A stretch of DNA of 11,191 bases, from UHGV virus genome UHGV-1786984, one strand, 5' to 3'. The notes below the pieces were generated by a model. It saw nothing but the letters and a program-made list of their open reading frames with translations, had not been told where the DNA came from and did no database searches. Shown here one piece after another: positions 6,420 through 11,191 of this stretch. The stretch is from a virus. The position numbers were made by a program, and so were the translations under genes. The first letter of the stretch is position 1; every line of letters begins with the position of its first letter.

Positions 6420-7454
6420 TCAGTCGTTGTCAGTGTCCAGTGAGTAGTTTTTAAAGCGGATGACCTCCTGACCGAGCCAGCCGTTTATCTCGCGGATCCT
6501 GTCCTGTAGCGGGATAAGCTCATTGCGGACAAAGACCTTTGCCACTTTCTCAATATCGCCCAGTGACCCGACGTTCTCCGGCTTGCCACCCATCAACTGA
6601 AAGGGGATGCGGTGTGCGTCCAGCAGGTCAGCGGCGCTGGCTTTTTTGATATTAAAAAAATCGTCCTTCGTCGCCACTTCACTGAGCGGGATAATTTTAA
6701 TGCCGTCGGCTTTCCCCTGCGGGGCATAGAGAAACAGATTTTTAAAGTTATTGCGGCCTTTCGACTTAACCATGTTTTCGCGAAGCATTTCGATATCGTT
6801 GCGATCCTGCACGGCATCGGTGACGTACATGATGTATCCGGCATGTGCGCCATTTTCGTAATACTTGCGGCGGAACAGCGTGGCCGACTCATTCAGCCAG
6901 GCAGAGTTAAGGGCGCTGAGATATTCCGGCAGGCCGTACAGCTCCTGATTAATATCCGGCTCCAGCAGGTGAAACACGGAACCGGGCGTGAAAGGTGTCG
7001 GCTCGTTGAAGGACGGCACCCACCAGTAAACATCCTCTTCCACACCACGGCGGGTATATTTTGCCGGTGAGGTTTCCAGTCTGATGACCTTACCGGTGGT
7101 GCTGTAACGCTTTTCCAGAAACGCATTACCGAACACCAGAAAATCCAGCACAAAGCGGCTGAAATCCTGCTGGGAAAGCCACGGGTGCGGGATAAACGTT
7201 GAAGCCAGAATATTACGTTTGACGTAAATCGGTGAGCTGTGATGCACGGCAGCACGCAGGCTTTTTGCCAGACCGGTAAAGCTGACCGGCGGCTCATACC
7301 ATCTGCCGTTACTGATGCATTCGACGTAATCCAGAATGTCACGGCGGTCGAGTACCGGCACCGGCTCACCAAAGGTGAATGCCTCCATTTTCGGGGCGCT
7401 GGCAGTCATTGTTTTTGCCGCAGGTTGCGGTGTTTTCCCTTTTTTCTTGCTCAT
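6420..7454 (-). CDS. Q: Portal protein, P2 gpQ family, 344 aa
   Basis: 344-aa ORF on - strand (MSKKKGKTPQPAAK...), matching recalled P2 Q length and its position next to cos. Start ATG (7452-7454) overlaps the P stop by 1 nt (TGATG). Confidence 0.9.
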   Translation of the reverse strand: MSKKKGKTPQPAAKTMTASAPKMEAFTFGEPVPVLDRRDILDYVECISNGRWYEPPVSFTGLAKSLRAAVHHSSPIYVKRNILASTFIPHPWLSQQDFSRFVLDFLVFGNAFLEKRYSTTGKVIRLETSPAKYTRRGVEEDVYWWVPSFNEPTPFTPGSVFHLLEPDINQELYGLPEYLSALNSAWLNESATLFRRKYYENGAHAGYIMYVTDAVQDRNDIEMLRENMVKSKGRNNFKNLFLYAPQGKADGIKIIPLSEVATKDDFFNIKKASAADLLDAHRIPFQLMGGKPENVGSLGDIEKVAKVFVRNELIPLQDRIREINGWLGQEVIRFKNYSLDTDND

Positions 7455-9226
7455 CAGTAAAACTCCAGAATGGTGGATGTCAGCGGGGTGCTGATACCTG
7501 CGGTGAGTGGCTCATTTAACAGGGCGTGCATGGTCGCCCAGGCGAGGTCGGCGTGGCTGGCTTCCTCGCTGCGGCTGGCCTCATAGGTGGCGCTGCGTCC
7601 GCTGCTGGTCATGGTCTTGCGGATAGCCATAAACGAGCTGGTGATGTCGGTGGCGCTGACGTCATATTCCAGACAGCCACGGCGGATAACGTCTTTGGCC
7701 TTGAGCACCATTGCGGTTTTCATTTCCGGCGTGTAGCGGATGTCGCGCGCGGCGGGATAGAACGAGCGCACGAGCTGGAACACGCCGACACCGAGGCCGG
7801 TGGCATCAATACCGATGTATTCGACGTTGTATTTTTCGGTGAGTTTGCGGATGGATTCCGCCTGAGTGGCAAAGTCCATGCCTTTCCACTGGTGACGCTC
7901 AAGTATTCTGAATTTGCCACCGGCCACCACCGGCGGTGCCAGCACCACGCATCCGGCGCTGTCGCCACGGTGTGACGGGTCGTAACCAATCCATACCGGG
8001 CGGGAGCCGAACGGATTCGCGGCAAACGGCGCATAGTCTTCCCATTCTTCCAGCGTGTCGACCATGCAGCGTTGCAGCTCCTCGAACGGGAACACCGACG
8101 CCTTGTCGTCAACAAATTCACACATGAACAGGTTTTTAAAATCGTCGGCGCTGTTTTCACGTTTGAGCTGCTCAATGTCGAACAGCGTGCAGCCGCCTTT
8201 CAGGGCGTCCTCAATGGTGACAATCTGCCGCCACTGGCCGTCCGCACAGAGAAGCCCGCTGGCAAGGGCGTTATGACTGACGTCGATTTCCACACGTTCG
8301 GCGGCGCTGGCGCGTCCCCGGTTGAACAGTTCACCCGACCAGAACGGGTAGGCGTCGTGCGCCAGCGTGGACGGGGTGGAGAAATAGGTCGAGCGCAGGT
8401 GACTCTGTGAGGCCATACCTGATGCCACCTTACGCAGTACCTGAAAATTCGGGATCCAGAAAATCTCGTCGACGTACAGGTCGCCGTTATGGCTCTGTGC
8501 GGTGTTGGAGTTGGTGCCGAGAAAAATCAGTTTTGCGCCGTTATTGCCCAGGACAATCGGGTCACCGGTCAGGTCAACGTCAACCAGCCGGGCAAAGGCG
8601 ATGATGTATTCGCGGAACACATACGCCTGCGTTTTACTGGCCGACAGAAAAATCTGGTTATGACCGGTTTTCAGGGCGCGCAGCAGCGCCTCGCGGGAAA
8701 AATAAAACGTCGCGCCAATCTGGCGGGATTTCAGGATATCGCGGATGCGGTGCTCAAGCCCGGCGCGATACCAGTGCAACTGATATTCGAAAGACTGCTC
8801 AAAGAAAATCTGCTCCAGCTTTTCGATGGCCTCGTCACTGAAAAAATTCTTTTTCGGTTTGCGACGCCCGCCTTTGTTGCGGTTAGCGACGTTCGGATTA
8901 AGGTCTGCCTCGTTGCCGGTCTGACTGTAGCGGTTTACCCGTGCCAGTCGTTCAATCTGGCGTCCGAGCAGGTCAATTTCCTTGAAGTCACCGCCGGTTT
9001 TCTGCGGTTTGATGATGAGCTGGGTCAGCCGCGCTTCCAGGCTCATTTCGACACGGCTGATGGGGGCAACGCTGTCCCAGCCGTCGCGCTGTTTCCAGCT
9101 CTGCACCGTCGGGCGTTTCATCTGCAACATGGCGGCAATCTGCGGCACGGAAAATCCCTGCCAGTACAGCAGCGCCGCCTGACGACGCGGGTCGTGTAAA
9201 AGAGTGGTGTCTGTGGTGATGGTCAT
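7454..9226 (-). CDS. P: Terminase ATPase (large) subunit, P2 gpP family, 590 aa from ATG at 9224-9226
   Basis: Long - strand ORF upstream of Q. First ATG gives MTITTDTTLLHDPRRQ... with GAGG-containing SD upstream; the track ORF extends 10 codons further to a non-ATG start. Length fits recalled P2 gpP. Confidence 0.9.
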   Translation of the reverse strand: MTITTDTTLLHDPRRQAALLYWQGFSVPQIAAMLQMKRPTVQSWKQRDGWDSVAPISRVEMSLEARLTQLIIKPQKTGGDFKEIDLLGRQIERLARVNRYSQTGNEADLNPNVANRNKGGRRKPKKNFFSDEAIEKLEQIFFEQSFEYQLHWYRAGLEHRIRDILKSRQIGATFYFSREALLRALKTGHNQIFLSASKTQAYVFREYIIAFARLVDVDLTGDPIVLGNNGAKLIFLGTNSNTAQSHNGDLYVDEIFWIPNFQVLRKVASGMASQSHLRSTYFSTPSTLAHDAYPFWSGELFNRGRASAAERVEIDVSHNALASGLLCADGQWRQIVTIEDALKGGCTLFDIEQLKRENSADDFKNLFMCEFVDDKASVFPFEELQRCMVDTLEEWEDYAPFAANPFGSRPVWIGYDPSHRGDSAGCVVLAPPVVAGGKFRILERHQWKGMDFATQAESIRKLTEKYNVEYIGIDATGLGVGVFQLVRSFYPAARDIRYTPEMKTAMVLKAKDVIRRGCLEYDVSATDITSSFMAIRKTMTSSGRSATYEASRSEEASHADLAWATMHALLNEPLTAGISTPLTSTILEFY

Positions 9227-9399
9227 GAATACCTCGCCGTGATGAATACACGGCAAGGCTACTGAGTCGCGCCCCGCGATTCGCTAAGGTGCTGTTGTGT
9301 CAGTGATAAGCCATCCGGGACTGATGGCGGAGGATGCGCATCGTCGGGAAACTGATGCCGACATGTGACTCCTCTAATCACTATTCAGGACTCCTGACA
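9227..9399. promoter_or_regulatory. Divergent intergenic region between P (-) and O (+); expected site of the two late promoters (activator-dependent in P2)
   Basis: 173-bp gap between divergent late operons, as in P2. An exact TGT-N12-ACA activator dyad was searched by eye and not found, so element positions are unresolved. Confidence 0.4.
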
Positions 9400-10149
9400 A
9401 TGGCAAAAAAAGTCTCAAAATTCTTTCGTATCGGCGTTGAGGGTGACACCTGTGACGGGCGTGTCATCAGTGCGCAGGATATTCAGGAAATGGCCGAAAC
9501 CTTTGACCCGCGAGTCTATGGTTGCCGCATTAACCTGGAACATCTGCGCGGCATCCTGCCTGACGGTATTTTTAAACGTTATGGCGATGTGGCCGAACTG
9601 AAGGCCGAAAAGATTGATGACGATTCGGCGCTGAAAGGCAAATGGGCGCTGTTTGCGAAAATCACCCCGACCGATGACCTTATCGCGATGAACAAGGCCG
9701 CGCAGAAGGTCTACACCTCAATGGAAATTCAGCCGAACTTTGCCAACACCGGCAAATGTTATCTGGTGGGGCTGGCCGTCACCGATGACCCGGCAAGCCT
9801 CGGCACGGAATACCTGGAATTCTGCCGCACGGCAAAACACAACCCCCTGAACCGCTTCAAATTAAGCCCTGAAAACCTGATTTCAGTGGCAACGCCTGTT
9901 GAGCTGGAATTTGAAGACCTGCCTGAAACCGTGTTCACCGCCCTGACCGAAAAGGTGAAATCCATTTTTGGCCGCAAACAGGCCAGCGATGACGCCCGTC
10001 TGAATGACGTGCATGAAGCGGTGACCGCTGTTGCTGAACATGTGCAGGAAAAGCTGAGTGCCACTGAGCAGCGCCTCGCTGAGATGGAAACCGCCTTTTC
10101 CGCACTTAAGCAGGAGGTGACTGACAGGGCGGATATGACGAACTGCTGA
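9400..10149 (+). CDS. O: Capsid scaffolding protein, P2 gpO family, 249 aa from ATG 9400
   Basis: ATG 9400 (MAKKVSKFFRIGVEGDT...) with AGGA at 9387-9390. The track ORF starts at the upstream in-frame ATG 9334, which has no spacer after its SD-like sequence. Position between P and N fits P2 order. Ends TGA 10147-10149. Confidence 0.8.
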   Translation: MAKKVSKFFRIGVEGDTCDGRVISAQDIQEMAETFDPRVYGCRINLEHLRGILPDGIFKRYGDVAELKAEKIDDDSALKGKWALFAKITPTDDLIAMNKAAQKVYTSMEIQPNFANTGKCYLVGLAVTDDPASLGTEYLEFCRTAKHNPLNRFKLSPENLISVATPVELEFEDLPETVFTALTEKVKSIFGRKQASDDARLNDVHEAVTAVAEHVQEKLSATEQRLAEMETAFSALKQEVTDRADMTNC

Positions 10150-10207
10150 CCGGCGTCAGTCAGTCCGGGAAAACCTTCACGATTAACCCTTAATTTCAGG
10201 AAAAACT

Positions 10208-11191
10208 ATGCGCCAGGAAACCCGCTTTAAATTTAATGCCTACCTGTCCCGTGTTGCCGAGCTGAACGGCATCGACGCCGGTGATGTGTCGAAAAAATTC
10301 ACCGTTGAACCGTCGGTCACCCAGACCCTGATGAACACCATGCAGGAGTCCTCTGACTTTCTGACCCGCATCAACATTGTGCCGGTCAGCGAAATGAAAG
10401 GGGAAAAAATTGGTATCGGTGTCACCGGCTCCATCGCCAGCACCACCGACACCGCCGGTGGCACCGAGCGTCAGCCGAAGGACTTCTCGAAGCTGGCGTC
10501 CAGTAAGTACGAATGCGACCAGATTAACTTCGATTTTTATATCCGCTACAAAACGCTTGACCTGTGGGCGCGTTATCAGGATTTCGAATGCGACCAGATT
10601 AACTTCGATTTTTATATCCGCTACAAAACGCTGGACCTGTGGGCGCGTTATCAGGATTTCCAGCTCCGTGTCCGTAACGCCATTATCAAACGCCAGTCCC
10701 TTGATTTAATCATGGCCGGTTTTAACGGCGTGAAGCGTGCCGAAACCTCTGACCGCAGCAGCAATCCGATGCTGCAGGATGTGGCGGTCGGCTGGCTGCA
10801 GAAATACCGCAATGAAGCCCCGGCGCGCGTGATGAGCAAGGTCACTGACGAGGAAGGCCGCACCACCTCTGAGGTTATCCGCGTGGGTAAGGGCGGTGAT
10901 TATGCCAGCCTTGATGCACTGGTGATGGATGCGACCAACAACCTGATTGAACCGTGGTATCAGGAAGACCCTGACCTTGTGGTGATTGTGGGGCGTCAGT
11001 TACTGGCGGACAAGTATTTCCCCATCGTCAACAAGGAGCAGGACAACAGCGAGATGCTGGCCGCTGACGTCATCATCAGCCAGAAACGCATCGGCAACCT
11101 GCCAGCGGTACGCGTCCCGTACTTCCCGGCGGATGCGATGCTCATCACGAAGCTGGAAAACCTGTCCATCTACTACATGGATGACAGCCAT
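10208..11191 (+). CDS. N: Major capsid protein, P2 gpN family; 5' partial (328 codons, runs off the window end)
   Basis: ATG 10208 with CAGGA upstream; frame open to the last base of the window (MRQETRFKFNAYLSRVAELNG...YYMDDSH). Absent from the ORF track because no stop lies in the window. Follows O as in P2. Confidence 0.85.
   Translation, partial: MRQETRFKFNAYLSRVAELNGIDAGDVSKKFTVEPSVTQTLMNTMQESSDFLTRINIVPVSEMKGEKIGIGVTGSIASTTDTAGGTERQPKDFSKLASSKYECDQINFDFYIRYKTLDLWARYQDFECDQINFDFYIRYKTLDLWARYQDFQLRVRNAIIKRQSLDLIMAGFNGVKRAETSDRSSNPMLQDVAVGWLQKYRNEAPARVMSKVTDEEGRTTSEVIRVGKGGDYASLDALVMDATNNLIEPWYQEDPDLVVIVGRQLLADKYFPIVNKEQDNSEMLAADVIISQKRIGNLPAVRVPYFPADAMLITKLENLSIYYMDDSH
10511..10660 (+). 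repeat. In-frame 75-bp tandem duplication inside gene N (2 copies, 1 synonymous mismatch), duplicating ECDQINFDFYIRYKTLDLWARYQDF
   Basis: Read directly: gaatgcgaccagattaacttcgatttttatatccgctacaaaacgct[t/g]gacctgtgggcgcgttatcaggatttc occurs twice head-to-tail (10511-10585, 10586-10660). 75 = 25 codons, in frame with N. Confidence 0.9.

Noticed and set aside
6593-9251. Many track ORFs antisense or out of frame within Q and P (for example 6612-7070 +, 6893-7372 -, 7526-7975 +, 7720-8175 -, 8072-8410 +, 8489-9199 +, 8988-9251 -)
   Set aside because: Embedded in the well-supported portal and terminase genes. Their GC-rich, Arg/Ala-rich translations are typical of spurious frames in GC-biased coding DNA.
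9227-9399. Exact TGT-N12-ACA activator-binding dyad in the P/O intergenic region
   Set aside because: Checked every TGT and ACA in the interval by eye and found no pair with the right spacing. Late promoters are still expected here but their elements could not be pinned down.
133-10660. The two tandem repeats as a possible CRISPR array or minisatellite
   Set aside because: Each has only two copies, the units are long (127 and 75 bp), contiguous with no spacers, and lie within coding sequence. Not CRISPR-like.
10410-10709. 99-aa alternate-frame ORF inside gene N that also looks internally repetitive
   Set aside because: Its repetition simply reflects the 75-bp tandem duplication read in the wrong frame. 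The N frame is the coding one.

Overview
This window reads as a P2-like (Peduovirus-type) prophage segment from an enterobacterial host, spanning the junction of the phage genome ends (cos is internal). Calls rest on reading the sequence and recalled protein families; no searches were run. Layout: + strand early replication operon (3' end of an upstream gene, gene B, four small translationally coupled ORFs, rolling-circle initiator A, 1-4122); a markedly AT-rich ~2 kb cargo module with two overlapping ORFs (4239-6070); the 19-nt cos sequence (6222-6240); a terminator; portal Q and terminase ATPase P on the - strand (6420-9226); a divergent late-promoter region; scaffold O and the 5' part of capsid gene N on + (9400-11191, N runs off the window). 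The main candidate for a new system is the cargo module: it sits where P2 carries tin/old, a known anti-phage hotspot, has foreign base composition, and its second ORF carries a HEPN-like R-x4-H motif. Two diverged tandem duplications are also visible: ~127 bp over the start of gene B (frameshifting) and 75 bp in-frame inside N (25 extra residues). No rRNA, tRNA, CRISPR array, integrase or att site was seen.
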